Shown: positions 48,156 to 57,301 of the stretch, in pieces
Layout: every line of letters begins with the position of its first letter
Numbering within the stretch: position 1 is the stretch's first letter
Program-made: the position numbers and the translations under genes
NCBI GenBank assembly: GCA_002403305.1
Contig: DHHM01000017.1
Location: forward strand, 29,298 to 93,297
Direction of reading: 5' to 3'
Length of the DNA: 64,000 nt
Origin: Bacteroidales bacterium UBA4772
Lineage (GTDB): Bacteria; Bacteroidota; Bacteroidia; Bacteroidales; VadinHA17
Notes under the pieces: model-generated
Told to the model about the DNA's origin: nothing
What the model saw: the letters and a program-made list of their open reading frames with translations, nothing else
The model's database searches: none

Positions 48156-49212
48156 GATAGCAGTTCTGCCTGGTGACGGGATAGGTCCTGAGATCATTGA
48201 ACAGGCCGTTAAGACAATGAATGCGGTTGGCAAGAAATTCAACCATTCATTTAATTACGAATATGCTCCCGTTGGTGCAGCAGCCATTGACAAGACGGGT
48301 TCACCCCTTCCTGATGAGACCCTGATAAAATGCAAAGCCTCTGATGCGGTTTTGTTCGGTGCCATCGGTGACCCGAAATATGATAATGATCCTTCAGCCA
48401 GGGTAAGACCGGAACAGGGACTCCTTGCCATGCGCAGGGAGCTGGGGCTGTATGCAAATGTGAGACCGGTAACAACATTCCCTCCATTACTTGACAGATC
48501 ACCTCTGAAAAGGGAGATTCTTGACGGAGTTGATATTTTAACGGTGAGAGAACTGACAGGCGGTATCTACTTCGGAAAACCTCAGGGCAGGTCTGAAGAC
48601 GGGAAAACAGCGTATGACTCATGTGTCTACAGTGAATATGAGATTGAACGTGTTGTCAGGCTTGCCTGTGAATATGCCCTTAAGCGAAAGGGGAAGGTCA
48701 CCGTGGTCGACAAGGCGAATGTACTGGCAACATCAAGATTGTGGCGTGAAACATCAAAAGAGATCGTTCATGATTACCCTGGAATAGAAATGGACTTTCT
48801 GTTCGTCGACAATGCTGCCATGCAGTTAATCCAGAATCCGCTGCGGTTTGATGTTATTGTTACCGAGAATATGTTTGGTGATATCCTGTCCGATGAGGCA
48901 AGCGTGATCACAGGCTCCCTGGGCCTTCTGCCGTCAGCCTCAATCGGATCCTCAACATCTGTCTTTGAACCTGTACACGGATCCTATCCCCAGGCAGCAG
49001 GTAAGAATATCGCCAATCCCCTCGGCACAATCCTGTCGGCAGCAATGCTCCTCGAAACAGGACTAAACCTCACCAGGGAATCAGATGCCCTGAAAAAAGC
49101 AGTTGAAAAATCTCTTGAAGCCGGGATGGTAACAGAAGATCTGGACAGAAGTAACCCCTGCTCAACCAATATGGTTGGCGACTGGATATCAGAATATATT
49201 TTGCACAATTGA
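48145..49212 (+). CDS. leuB: 3-isopropylmalate dehydrogenase
   Basis: IAVLPGDGIGPEI and NMFGDILSDEASVITGSLGLLPSAS. Confidence 0.95.
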   Translation: MEFKIAVLPGDGIGPEIIEQAVKTMNAVGKKFNHSFNYEYAPVGAAAIDKTGSPLPDETLIKCKASDAVLFGAIGDPKYDNDPSARVRPEQGLLAMRRELGLYANVRPVTTFPPLLDRSPLKREILDGVDILTVRELTGGIYFGKPQGRSEDGKTAYDSCVYSEYEIERVVRLACEYALKRKGKVTVVDKANVLATSRLWRETSKEIVHDYPGIEMDFLFVDNAAMQLIQNPLRFDVIVTENMFGDILSDEASVITGSLGLLPSASIGSSTSVFEPVHGSYPQAAGKNIANPLGTILSAAMLLETGLNLTRESDALKKAVEKSLEAGMVTEDLDRSNPCSTNMVGDWISEYILHN

Positions 49213-49233
49213 ACCCACGGAGCACATAAGATA

Positions 49234-50076
49234 ATGGATCGTCAGATGTATGTAGCCATTCAGGGCGAAAAGGGCAGCTTCCACGAGGTGGCGGCAAATG
49301 ACTTTTTTGGAGATGAAAGAATTATTCTGGTGCCATGCCCAACATTCGATGAAACTGTTAATGCGGTGCTCCGGGGCAGAGCTGAATATGCTGTTATGGC
49401 AATAGAGAATGCCCGCGCAGGAAGCATACTTTACAATTACAACCTTATCAGGGAGTCGCGTCTTAAGATACTTGGCGAGATAAGACTCAGGATCAGGCAA
49501 AATCTCATGGCACTTCCCGGAACAACAATTGACTCGTTAAGTGAGATCAGATCTCATCCAATCGCTCTCGCCCAGTGTATGGAATTTCTTAATACTCTGA
49601 AAGGAGTGACATTGATCGAGACCGATGACACTGCCGGTTCTGCCAGGATTATAAGTGAACAGGAACTTGCCGGGACAGCCACTATCGCATCAGCCAGTGC
49701 AGCTGATATATACGGTCTTGAAATTCTTGCCGGGGGCATAGAAACATATAAAAAGAACTATACGAAGTTTCACATTATAGGTAATGAATCTGTAATGCCA
49801 ACTGTGGGAGATAAAGCATCGGTTTGTTTTGCCACGGGCCACAAACCCGGATCACTTGCCAGGGTTCTGATGATACTTGCCGACATGGATATCAATCTTT
49901 CAAAGATACAGTCTGTCCCCCGGCTGAACGGGACCTGGGAGTATATGTTCTATGTCGATCTTGAACTGAGCACTGTTTCAAAAATGGAACATATAGTCAA
50001 AGCACTTGAAGAACATACAATGAACCTGGAGATACTTGGGATCTACAATAAGGATAACAATCTGTACGAAAGTTAA
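49234..50076 (+). CDS. pheA: prephenate dehydratase (PDT + ACT)
   Basis: AIQGEKGSFHE, the ESRL-type region, and ACT domain SVCFATGHKPGSLARVL. Confidence 0.85.
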   Translation: MDRQMYVAIQGEKGSFHEVAANDFFGDERIILVPCPTFDETVNAVLRGRAEYAVMAIENARAGSILYNYNLIRESRLKILGEIRLRIRQNLMALPGTTIDSLSEIRSHPIALAQCMEFLNTLKGVTLIETDDTAGSARIISEQELAGTATIASASAADIYGLEILAGGIETYKKNYTKFHIIGNESVMPTVGDKASVCFATGHKPGSLARVLMILADMDINLSKIQSVPRLNGTWEYMFYVDLELSTVSKMEHIVKALEEHTMNLEILGIYNKDNNLYES

Positions 50077-50138
50077 AAAGTCAGAGAAACAGATAAATTA
50101 ATATTACTGTCATGCCTTTGCCGTGATCAAATAATTAC

Positions 50139-50146
50139 TATTTTTG
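50139..50146 (+). promoter_or_regulatory. -7 box TATTTTTG, with TTTG at 50117-50120
   Basis: Matches TAnnTTTG 18 nt before the leader ATG. Confidence 0.45.
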
Positions 50147-50163
50147 TGCCGAAGAAATAAAAA

Positions 50164-50220
50164 ATGTTTTTGAACAAACTACATCATCATCATTCTCATA
50201 CTTGCTCTCAGGCGAGATGA
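50164..50220 (+). CDS. his operon leader peptide MFLNKLHHHHSHTCSQAR
   Basis: 18 codons, with five His among six consecutive codons. It lies between the promoter box and the terminator upstream of hisG. Confidence 0.75.
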   Translation: MFLNKLHHHHSHTCSQAR

Positions 50221-50251
50221 AATTGGTGTGTGGTGAACACTGAATATCATA

Positions 50252-50284
50252 AACCCGTCTGAGCAGATCAGACGGGTTTTTTTT
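50252..50284 (+). terminator. attenuator terminator upstream of hisG
   Basis: AACCCGTCTGA-GCAGA-TCAGACGGGTT followed by T8. Confidence 0.8.
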
Positions 50285-50320
50285 GTCGCACGGTCTGCTC
50301 AGTCAAACAGAAAAATTAAG

Positions 50321-51178
50321 ATGAGCATACTGAAAATTGCAATCCAGAAGAGCGGAAGACTGAGTGAGAGCTCCCGCAAATTGTTTGAAGAGTGCGGCAT
50401 AAAGATCACCAACGGGTCAGGCAGCCTGAAGGTCATCGCAGGCAACTTCCCCGTTGAGATACTCCTTCTCCGTGATGATGATATCCCCCAGTACGTTGAG
50501 CAGCAGGTTGCCGACATAGGGATAGTGGGTGAGAACACAGTCTATGAAAAGAAGAAGGATGTGGATCTCCTTGATCAATTGGGGTTTGCCGGCTGCCGCC
50601 TCAGCCTGGCCATCCCGAAGGACGAGGCATACACTGGCCCGGAATTCTTCATGAACAAAAAGGTGGCCACGAGTTATCCTGTGCTTCTCGGTGAGTATTT
50701 CGCCTCAGGAAATATCAATGCCGAGATCGAGGAGCTGAGCGGCAGCGTTGAGATAGCTCCAGGCATTGGCCTTGCCGATGCTATCTGCGACATCGTCAGC
50801 TCCGGCAGCACCCTGATTACCAATGGCCTCCGCGAGGTGGAGACGATCATGAAAAGCCAGGCAGTCATGATAGCTAACCGGAATATCAGCGGCGATAAGA
50901 AAAAGATACTCCAGAAGCTGCTCTTCCGTATGAGGGCTGTCAGGAACGCCAGGGAAAATAAGTACATACTGCTAAATGCACCCGAAGCGGCCGTTACGGA
51001 TATCTGCAGGATCCTTCCGGGGATGAAGAGTCCGACCATATTGCCGCTGGCAGAAAAGGGATGGTGCAGCCTCCACTCCGTGGTAAAGGAAGATGAGTTC
51101 TGGGAGAGGATAGACCAGCTCAGGGAGGCAGGAGCTGAGGGGATCCTGGTAATACCCATAGAAAAAATGATACTGTGA
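50321..51178 (+). CDS. hisG: ATP phosphoribosyltransferase (long form)
   Basis: LKIAIQKSGRL..., DIVSSGSTL, and a C-terminal regulatory domain. Confidence 0.92.
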   Translation: MSILKIAIQKSGRLSESSRKLFEECGIKITNGSGSLKVIAGNFPVEILLLRDDDIPQYVEQQVADIGIVGENTVYEKKKDVDLLDQLGFAGCRLSLAIPKDEAYTGPEFFMNKKVATSYPVLLGEYFASGNINAEIEELSGSVEIAPGIGLADAICDIVSSGSTLITNGLREVETIMKSQAVMIANRNISGDKKKILQKLLFRMRAVRNARENKYILLNAPEAAVTDICRILPGMKSPTILPLAEKGWCSLHSVVKEDEFWERIDQLREAGAEGILVIPIEKMIL

Positions 51179-52491
51179 TGAAGAGACTTATTTACCCGGG
51201 TCAGGAAAAGATCAGTGCAGCCCTGGGCAGGCCGTCGGCAGGTAACGAAGATATTGACGGAACCGTCAGGGAGGTACTCGACAGGGTCAGGGCACAGGGT
51301 GATGTCGCCCTGCGGGAATTCTCACAAAAGTTTGATGGTTATGCCCCTGCTTCCTTAAAGGTGGATGAGGTCACTATACAGGAGGCTGAAAATGATGTGC
51401 CACCGGAGCTCAGGGAAGCCATGCGACGGGCCTATGCAAACATCTCCTCCTTTCATTCAGCGCAGTTGCAGAGGTCGGCGCCGGTGATCACGGCCGATGG
51501 CGTAAAATGCTGGAGTCGCGATGTGCCCGTTGAGAAGGTGGGGCTTTATATTCCCGGAGGCACAGCACCGCTCTTCTCCACCCTGCTGATGCTGGCCATA
51601 CCTGCACGGCTTGCAGGATGCCGCGATATCATCATCTGCACCCCGCCCGGAAGAGAGGGCAGGGTCAATCCGCTCATCCTTTATGCAGCCTCACTGGCCG
51701 GTGTCACTGACATCTTTACTGTAGGCGGGGCACAGGCTATAGCTGCCATGGCATACGGTACTGAATCGATCCCCGCAGTTTATAAGATTTTCGGCCCCGG
51801 AAACAGCTTCGTTACCAGGGCCAAGGAACTCGTGCAGCTCGAGGGAACGGCAATAGACATGCCTGCCGGTCCCAGTGAACTGCTGGTCATAGCCGATGAG
51901 AGCGCCAACGCTCCCTTTGTGGCTGCAGACCTTCTCTCACAGGCGGAGCATGGCACCGACAGCCAGGTTATCATGCTCACCGACAGCAAGATCATGATGG
52001 ACAGGGTAGAAGCGGAAATTGAAAAACAGGCAGCACTGCTGGAGAGAAACAGTATCGCCATGCAGTCGCTGGAGAACAGCTCCCTGATACTGCTTGAAAC
52101 AATTGATGAATGCCTGGAGGTCAGTAACAGGTATGCCCCCGAACACCTGATCCTGGCAACTGCCGACGCACATCGCCATGCCGCAGCAGTGATAAACGCC
52201 GGGTCAGTTTTCCTCGGTCCTTACAGCAGCGAGAGTACGGGCGACTATATGACCGGACCCAATCATACCCTTCCTACCGGTGGTTATGCCCGAAGCTACA
52301 GCGGCCTGTCTACCGGCAGCTTCATGAAGAGGATCTTCTTCCAGGAGGTGACAGCTGAAGGCATAATGAAGATAGGCCCGGCAACTGAGCTGATGGCCGG
52401 TGCTGAGATGCTCGGAGGACACAGGAACGCCGTCTCTGTAAGACTAAAATATCTTGAAGATGAACAGAACAGATCAACTGGTAAGGCCTAA
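51178..52491 (+). CDS. hisD: histidinol dehydrogenase
   Basis: GGAQAIAAMAYGTESIP, AGPSE, QAEHG and the overall length. TGATG overlap with hisG. Confidence 0.94.
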   Translation: MKRLIYPGQEKISAALGRPSAGNEDIDGTVREVLDRVRAQGDVALREFSQKFDGYAPASLKVDEVTIQEAENDVPPELREAMRRAYANISSFHSAQLQRSAPVITADGVKCWSRDVPVEKVGLYIPGGTAPLFSTLLMLAIPARLAGCRDIIICTPPGREGRVNPLILYAASLAGVTDIFTVGGAQAIAAMAYGTESIPAVYKIFGPGNSFVTRAKELVQLEGTAIDMPAGPSELLVIADESANAPFVAADLLSQAEHGTDSQVIMLTDSKIMMDRVEAEIEKQAALLERNSIAMQSLENSSLILLETIDECLEVSNRYAPEHLILATADAHRHAAAVINAGSVFLGPYSSESTGDYMTGPNHTLPTGGYARSYSGLSTGSFMKRIFFQEVTAEGIMKIGPATELMAGAEMLGGHRNAVSVRLKYLEDEQNRSTGKA

Positions 52492-53491
52492 CGTGAGGGC
52501 CCTGGTGCCATATTCATCGGCCAGGGATGAATATGAGGGAAGAGAGGGCATCTTCCTCGATGCAAATGAAAGTCCCTTCGGTCCGCTCAACAGGTACCCC
52601 GACCCACGCCAGCGGGCACTCCGGGCGGCCGTAGCCAACCTGAAGGGTATCCCTGAAGAGAACATATTTCTCGGTAACGGAAGCGATGAGGTTATTGATC
52701 TCTGCTACAGGATTTTCTGTAATCCTGGTGCCGACAAAGTGGTGATTTTTCCCCCTACATACGGGATGTACCGGGTATCAGCAGCAGTCAATGACGTTGA
52801 GGTGATCAACGTGCTACTCGATGAAAACTTCGATATTGATATCCCGGCAGTAACACCTCTTCTCGAAGATGACCGCATAAAGATGATCTTCATCTGCTCT
52901 CCCAACAACCCGACCGGCAACAGCATGGACCCTGGCAGGATCGAGTTCATCATCAGGAATTTCCGGGGAATAGTCGTGCTTGACGAAGCTTATGCCGATT
53001 TCAGCGATAAACCCTCATTCATTGAAAAGATTGGTCTCCATGACAACCTGATCGTCATGCAGACCTTCAGCAAGGCCATGGGTATGGCGGCGGCAAGGAT
53101 AGGGATGGCATTTGCCTCACCGGACATCCTGAAATACCTCTTCCGGATAAAAGCTCCCTACAACATAAGTACCCTGAACCAGGAGGCTGCACTTCAGAGA
53201 ATCGGAGACATCAGACCAGTAAAAGTACAGACCGGGACCCTGATAGATGAGCGCAGGAGACTTGCCGGGAAACTGGAGACCGTTCCGGTAGTTGAAAAGG
53301 TCTGGCCTTCCGATGCAAACTTCCTCCTTGTAAAGGTCAGGGACGCTGACACTGTCTACGACAAACTGACAGGCAGGAATATCATAGTCAGGAACAGAAG
53401 CCGCGAAATAGCCGGATGCCTGCGCATTACGGCAGGCACCAGGAGCGAGAACGACAGGCTTCTGGATGAACTGGGCAAAATAAATATATAA
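52460..53491 (+). CDS. hisC: histidinol-phosphate aminotransferase
   Basis: LDANESPFG, NPTGN, and TFSKAMGMAAARIG carrying the PLP lysine. Confidence 0.9.
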   Translation: MNRTDQLVRPNVRALVPYSSARDEYEGREGIFLDANESPFGPLNRYPDPRQRALRAAVANLKGIPEENIFLGNGSDEVIDLCYRIFCNPGADKVVIFPPTYGMYRVSAAVNDVEVINVLLDENFDIDIPAVTPLLEDDRIKMIFICSPNNPTGNSMDPGRIEFIIRNFRGIVVLDEAYADFSDKPSFIEKIGLHDNLIVMQTFSKAMGMAAARIGMAFASPDILKYLFRIKAPYNISTLNQEAALQRIGDIRPVKVQTGTLIDERRRLAGKLETVPVVEKVWPSDANFLLVKVRDADTVYDKLTGRNIIVRNRSREIAGCLRITAGTRSENDRLLDELGKINI

Positions 53492-53590
53492 AGATCAGGC
53501 GATTACAATCACAAACAGAATCAAAAGATTTTGAATATAAACCCTGAATGATTGATCCAAATCACAAACAAGTATGAAAATATATCGCAT

Positions 53591-54679
53591 ATGAAAAAAG
53601 TGTTGTTTATAGACAGGGACGGCACCATTTTAAAAGAGCCGTCCGACCAGCAGACCGACAGCCTGGAGAAGCTGGAATTCATGCCGGGGGTAATATGTGC
53701 CCTTTCAGCTATCTCCAGGGAGACAGATTTTGAGCTTGTGATGGTGTCAAACCAGGACGGGCTGGGGACACCGGCATTTCCCGAAGAAGCTTTCCTTGCT
53801 CCTCATAATAAGATGCTCTCCATCCTCGAGGGTGAAGGAGTGAAATTCGCGGCACAGTTCATTGACCGCTCCTTCGAGGAAGAGAACTCTCCCTTCCGAA
53901 AGCCGGGAACGGCAATGCTGACACAGTATCTTGCACAGGGTGTCGATCTCGCATCATCATATGTCATCGGCGACCGTCTGACTGATATCGCACTGGCCCG
54001 TAACCTGGGGTGCAGGTCGATCTGGATCAGCAGGGAGAAAAACAGTGAGGCCGCACTCTGCACCACCAACTGGGATGAGATCCGACGGTTCCTGAAAAAG
54101 ATACCGAGGAGAGCATCCGTAACAAGAAAGACCGGTGAAACCGACATTGAGGCCGAAATAAATCTGGACGGAACGGGGAGAAGCAGCATATCCACAGGCC
54201 TTGGTTTCCTTGATCATATGCTGGAACAGCTGGCACGCCACGGGGGCATCGACATCACCATTAAGGCAACCGGAGACCTCAGGGTCGATGAGCACCATCT
54301 GGTTGAAGACGTGGGGATAGTACTCGGGGAGGCTTTTAATAAAGCCCTTGGAAGCAAAAAGGGTATCGGACGCTATGGCTTCACCCTGCCCATGGACGAC
54401 TCGCTGGCACAGGTGACCCTTGACTTCGGAGGGAGACCCTGGCTAACCTGGGACGCGATATACAGGTCGGAAAGGGTGGGCAGCATACCGTCAGAGATGT
54501 TCTCACACTTCTTCCGGTCATTCAGTGACACCGCAAAATGCAATATACACGTGCATGCTGCCGGAGAGAATGAGCACCATAAGACCGAGGCCATCTTCAA
54601 GGCTTTTGCCAGAGCCATGAGGATGGCAGTCAGCAGGACGGATGACGGCCTCCTGCCATCAACAAAGGGACAGCTTTGA
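53591..54679 (+). CDS. hisB: bifunctional histidinol-phosphatase / imidazoleglycerol-phosphate dehydratase
   Basis: HAD motif FIDRDGT. IGPD motifs DEHHLVEDVGI and GENEHHKTEA. The track start at 53552 is a TTG. Confidence 0.92.
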   Translation: MKKVLFIDRDGTILKEPSDQQTDSLEKLEFMPGVICALSAISRETDFELVMVSNQDGLGTPAFPEEAFLAPHNKMLSILEGEGVKFAAQFIDRSFEEENSPFRKPGTAMLTQYLAQGVDLASSYVIGDRLTDIALARNLGCRSIWISREKNSEAALCTTNWDEIRRFLKKIPRRASVTRKTGETDIEAEINLDGTGRSSISTGLGFLDHMLEQLARHGGIDITIKATGDLRVDEHHLVEDVGIVLGEAFNKALGSKKGIGRYGFTLPMDDSLAQVTLDFGGRPWLTWDAIYRSERVGSIPSEMFSHFFRSFSDTAKCNIHVHAAGENEHHKTEAIFKAFARAMRMAVSRTDDGLLPSTKGQL

Positions 54680-55257
54680 TAGCAATACTAAAATACAATT
54701 CCGGAAACATCATGTCAGTCAGGGTGGCACTGAAGAGACTCGGACATGATGCAGTTATCTCTGACAACCCTGAGCTAATCAGCAGGGCAGAGAAAATCAT
54801 TATTCCGGGTGTGGGCGAAGCTGCCTCAGCCATGAAGCATCTCAGGGAGAAAGGCCTTGACAGGGTCATAGTCTCACTCAGGCAACCCGTGCTGGGCATC
54901 TGTCTGGGACTGCAGCTCATGTGCACCTCTTCGGAGGAGGGTGAAACTGAAGGCCTGGGCATCTTTGATACACAGGTCAGAAGATTTCCTGCCGGGGCCA
55001 GGGTCCCCCATATGGGATGGAATGATTTTGTCAGCCTGGGTGACGACCCTCTGCTAAAGGGAATTGATCCGGGCGATTATGTCTATTATGTCCACAGCTA
55101 CTATGCCGGGGTCAACGGTTATACCATAGCCGTTTGCGATTACGGATTGCCCTTCTCCGCGGCGATGCGCAAAGACAACTTTTTTGCTACCCAGTTCCAT
55201 CCTGAGAAATCAGCAGAAACAGGGTCCCTCTTACTTGAAAACTTCCTCAGGCTATGA
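54676..55257 (+). CDS. hisH: imidazole glycerol phosphate synthase, glutaminase subunit
   Basis: IAILKYNSGN and GICLGLQLM (catalytic Cys), plus FHPEKS. A TTG start overlaps the hisB stop. Confidence 0.9.
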   Translation: MIAILKYNSGNIMSVRVALKRLGHDAVISDNPELISRAEKIIIPGVGEAASAMKHLREKGLDRVIVSLRQPVLGICLGLQLMCTSSEEGETEGLGIFDTQVRRFPAGARVPHMGWNDFVSLGDDPLLKGIDPGDYVYYVHSYYAGVNGYTIAVCDYGLPFSAAMRKDNFFATQFHPEKSAETGSLLLENFLRL

Positions 55258-55967
55258 GAATAATTGCAGCCATGGATATAATGGATGGCGCCTGTGTCAG
55301 GCTGGCCCAGGGCGACTACTCAAGGAAAACCGTCTATGACAGTGACCCTCTTGATGTGGCAAAGGAGATGGAAGAACACGGAATAAAATACCTCCATATG
55401 GTTGACCTCGACGGTGCCAGGGAAGGGAAGATCCGGAATCACACGGTGCTGGATGCCATAGTCAGCAATACAGGACTGAAGGTCGACTTCAGCGGGGGAA
55501 TAAGGTCTGACAATGATCTGCGCACTGTATTCAGTTGCGGAGCCTCACAGGTAACCTGCGGGAGCATAGCTGTGACAAAACCTGCCCTCTTCCTTCAATG
55601 GCTGCAGGAATACGGCCCCGAAAGGATCATCCTGGGCGCCGACTTCCGGCAGAGGAAGGTGGCAACCGGAGGATGGCTCGCCGAATCTGACAGTGACATC
55701 ATCAGCTTCCTGCAGGGCTACAGGAAGGAAGGCGTCATCTACGCCATGTGCACTGACATTGAAAAAGACGGGATGCTGGACGGCCCCTCGTTCGACATCT
55801 ACAGGGAGATAGTCGCTATCGAAGGTCTCTCACTTATTGCCAGCGGCGGCATAACCTCCGCAGCAGACATCATGACCCTCCGTGATGCAGGATGTGAAGG
55901 CGCCATCATCGGCAAGGCAATTTATGAGGGTAAGATATCACTGAAAGAACTGGCCGCATTATGCTGA
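55254..55967 (+). CDS. hisA: ProFAR isomerase
   Basis: [10 protein letters not shown] ... LHMVDLDGA ... ASGGI. Confidence 0.92.
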   Translation: MRIIAAMDIMDGACVRLAQGDYSRKTVYDSDPLDVAKEMEEHGIKYLHMVDLDGAREGKIRNHTVLDAIVSNTGLKVDFSGGIRSDNDLRTVFSCGASQVTCGSIAVTKPALFLQWLQEYGPERIILGADFRQRKVATGGWLAESDSDIISFLQGYRKEGVIYAMCTDIEKDGMLDGPSFDIYREIVAIEGLSLIASGGITSAADIMTLRDAGCEGAIIGKAIYEGKISLKELAALC

Positions 55968-56716
55968 AGAAGAGAATTATACCATGCCTTGACATAAAGG
56001 ATGGGCGTACCGTTAAAGGGGTGAGCTTTGTCAACCTCCGGGATGCCGGTGACCCTGTAGAGCTGGCCGGAGCATATGCTGACCAGGCTGCGGATGAGAT
56101 TGTCTTCCTCGACATAACGGCAACACATGAGAAGAGAAAGACGCTGGCACCCCTGGTGGAGAAGATCGCCAATGCCATAAACATCCCCTTTACTGTCGGC
56201 GGAGGCATCAGCACCAGGGAGGATGTGTCAGTTCTCATCAGCTCCGGGGCTGACAAGGTGAGCGTCAACACCGCTGCCGTTCTTGATCCCGCTCTTATAA
56301 CCAGGCTGGCCGACAGCTTTGGCAGCCAGTGCATCGTGGTGGCAATTGACGCACAACTCATTGACGGTGACTGGCGGGTCTGTATCAACAGCGGCAGGAA
56401 GGTCACCGCGGTCAGGGCACTGCAATGGGCTGAAGAGGCAATGCTGCGTGGTGCCGGTGAAATACTCCTCACCTCCGTCAACAGCGACGGTACAAAAGAG
56501 GGTTTCTCAACAGAAATTACTGCTGCCGTAAGCGACAGGGTGAACATACCCGTCATTGCCTCAGGCGGCGCAGGCACCATGGAACACTTCAAAAAGGTCT
56601 TTGAAGAGACATCGTGCACGGCTGCACTGGCTGCCTCAGTATTTCACTTCGGCGAGATACTGATACCTGACCTCAAAAGATACCTTCAGAAAAACAAAAT
56701 AAACGTAAGAGTATGA
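55961..56716 (+). CDS. hisF: imidazole glycerol phosphate synthase, cyclase subunit
   Basis: [27 protein letters not shown] and ASGGAGT. Confidence 0.95.
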   Translation: MLKKRIIPCLDIKDGRTVKGVSFVNLRDAGDPVELAGAYADQAADEIVFLDITATHEKRKTLAPLVEKIANAINIPFTVGGGISTREDVSVLISSGADKVSVNTAAVLDPALITRLADSFGSQCIVVAIDAQLIDGDWRVCINSGRKVTAVRALQWAEEAMLRGAGEILLTSVNSDGTKEGFSTEITAAVSDRVNIPVIASGGAGTMEHFKKVFEETSCTAALAASVFHFGEILIPDLKRYLQKNKINVRV

Positions 56717-56775
56717 AACCTCCATGTATTTGCATACATAAACATAATAATATAATAATCAACTACATGGAGGTT
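56717..56775. repeat. 12-bp inverted repeat AACCTCCATGTA ... TACATGGAGGTT with a 35-nt AT-rich loop
   Basis: Read directly. It starts on the base after the hisF stop and abuts the 17-nt palindromic element. Confidence 0.8.
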
Positions 56776-56792
56776 CTCCCGATAAATCGGGA
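56776..56792 (-). repeat. 17-nt palindromic element, copy 3 (reverse complement)
   Basis: CTCCCGATAAATCGGGA is the reverse complement of TCCCGATTTATCGGGAG at 17400 and 17467. Confidence 0.9.
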
Positions 56793-56825
56793 CAGGCTAT
56801 CATACCATTAAAAATAAATTATCAT

Positions 56826-57125
56826 ATGATGAATATCAATTTTAACAAGGGAGACGGCCTGATCCCGGCCGTGATACAGGACAGCACCACGATGCAGGTA
56901 CTGATGGTGGGTTACATGAATGAAGAGGCCTACAGTAAAACCGTCAGCGAAGGGAGGGTCACATTCTTCAGCCGGAGCAGGCAGAGGCTCTGGACCAAGG
57001 GAGAGACCTCCGGTAACTTTCTGACCGTGGTTGAGATGCTAGCCGACTGTGATCAGGATGCCCTGCTGGTCAGGGTGGTTCCGGCAGATGAAAAAAATAT
57101 TTTTCTGCAGCAGCTGCGGTATTGA
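56826..57125 (+). pseudogene. hisI: truncated hisI (PR-AMP cyclohydrolase N-terminal 87 residues only; no HisE)
   Basis: GLIPAVIQD...FFSRSRQRLWTKGETSGNFL...DCDQDALLVRVVPA matches HisI. It then diverges (DEKNIFLQQLRY*) just before the expected GPxCHTG..SCF zinc motif. Confidence 0.75.
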
Positions 57126-57134
57126 ATTTTCACT

Positions 57135-57221
57135 ATGTTTGCATCGATGCAACAATTCACATTATATATCTGGCGCTGGTGCAGCTCAAAAGATGAGTCT
57201 GTGAATCACGTCGTTATATAA
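57135..57221 (+). CDS. trp leader peptide MFASMQQFTLYIWRWCSSKDESVNHVVI
   Basis: A short ORF containing TGG-CGC-TGG lies between the hisI remnant and the terminator upstream of trpB2. The layout resembles the known Bacteroid-trp leader motif. Confidence 0.6.
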   Translation: MFASMQQFTLYIWRWCSSKDESVNHVVI

Positions 57222-57244
57222 CCTGTATAGTATAATTATGCTAA

Positions 57245-57278
57245 GGGGCGCGCTGATCACAGCGCGCCCTTTTTTTTT
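57245..57278 (+). terminator. attenuator terminator upstream of trpB2
   Basis: GGGCGCGCT-GATCAC-AGCGCGCCC followed by T9. Confidence 0.8.
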
Positions 57279-57301
57279 ACTAACCTCAAAAACTTCAAGA
57301 A

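Noticed and set aside
55906-56619. 237-aa minus-strand ORF opposite hisF
   Set aside because: It is entirely contained in hisF, which has unambiguous motifs. The Ser/Ala/Thr-rich low-complexity translation is typical of a shadow ORF.
57088-57204. 38-codon ORF MKKIFFCSSCGIEFSLCLHRCNN... overlapping the trp leader in another frame
   Set aside because: A CxxC pattern is visible, but the frame with TGG-CGC-TGG fits the downstream trpB2 and terminator better. It is kept only as an alternative to exclude.
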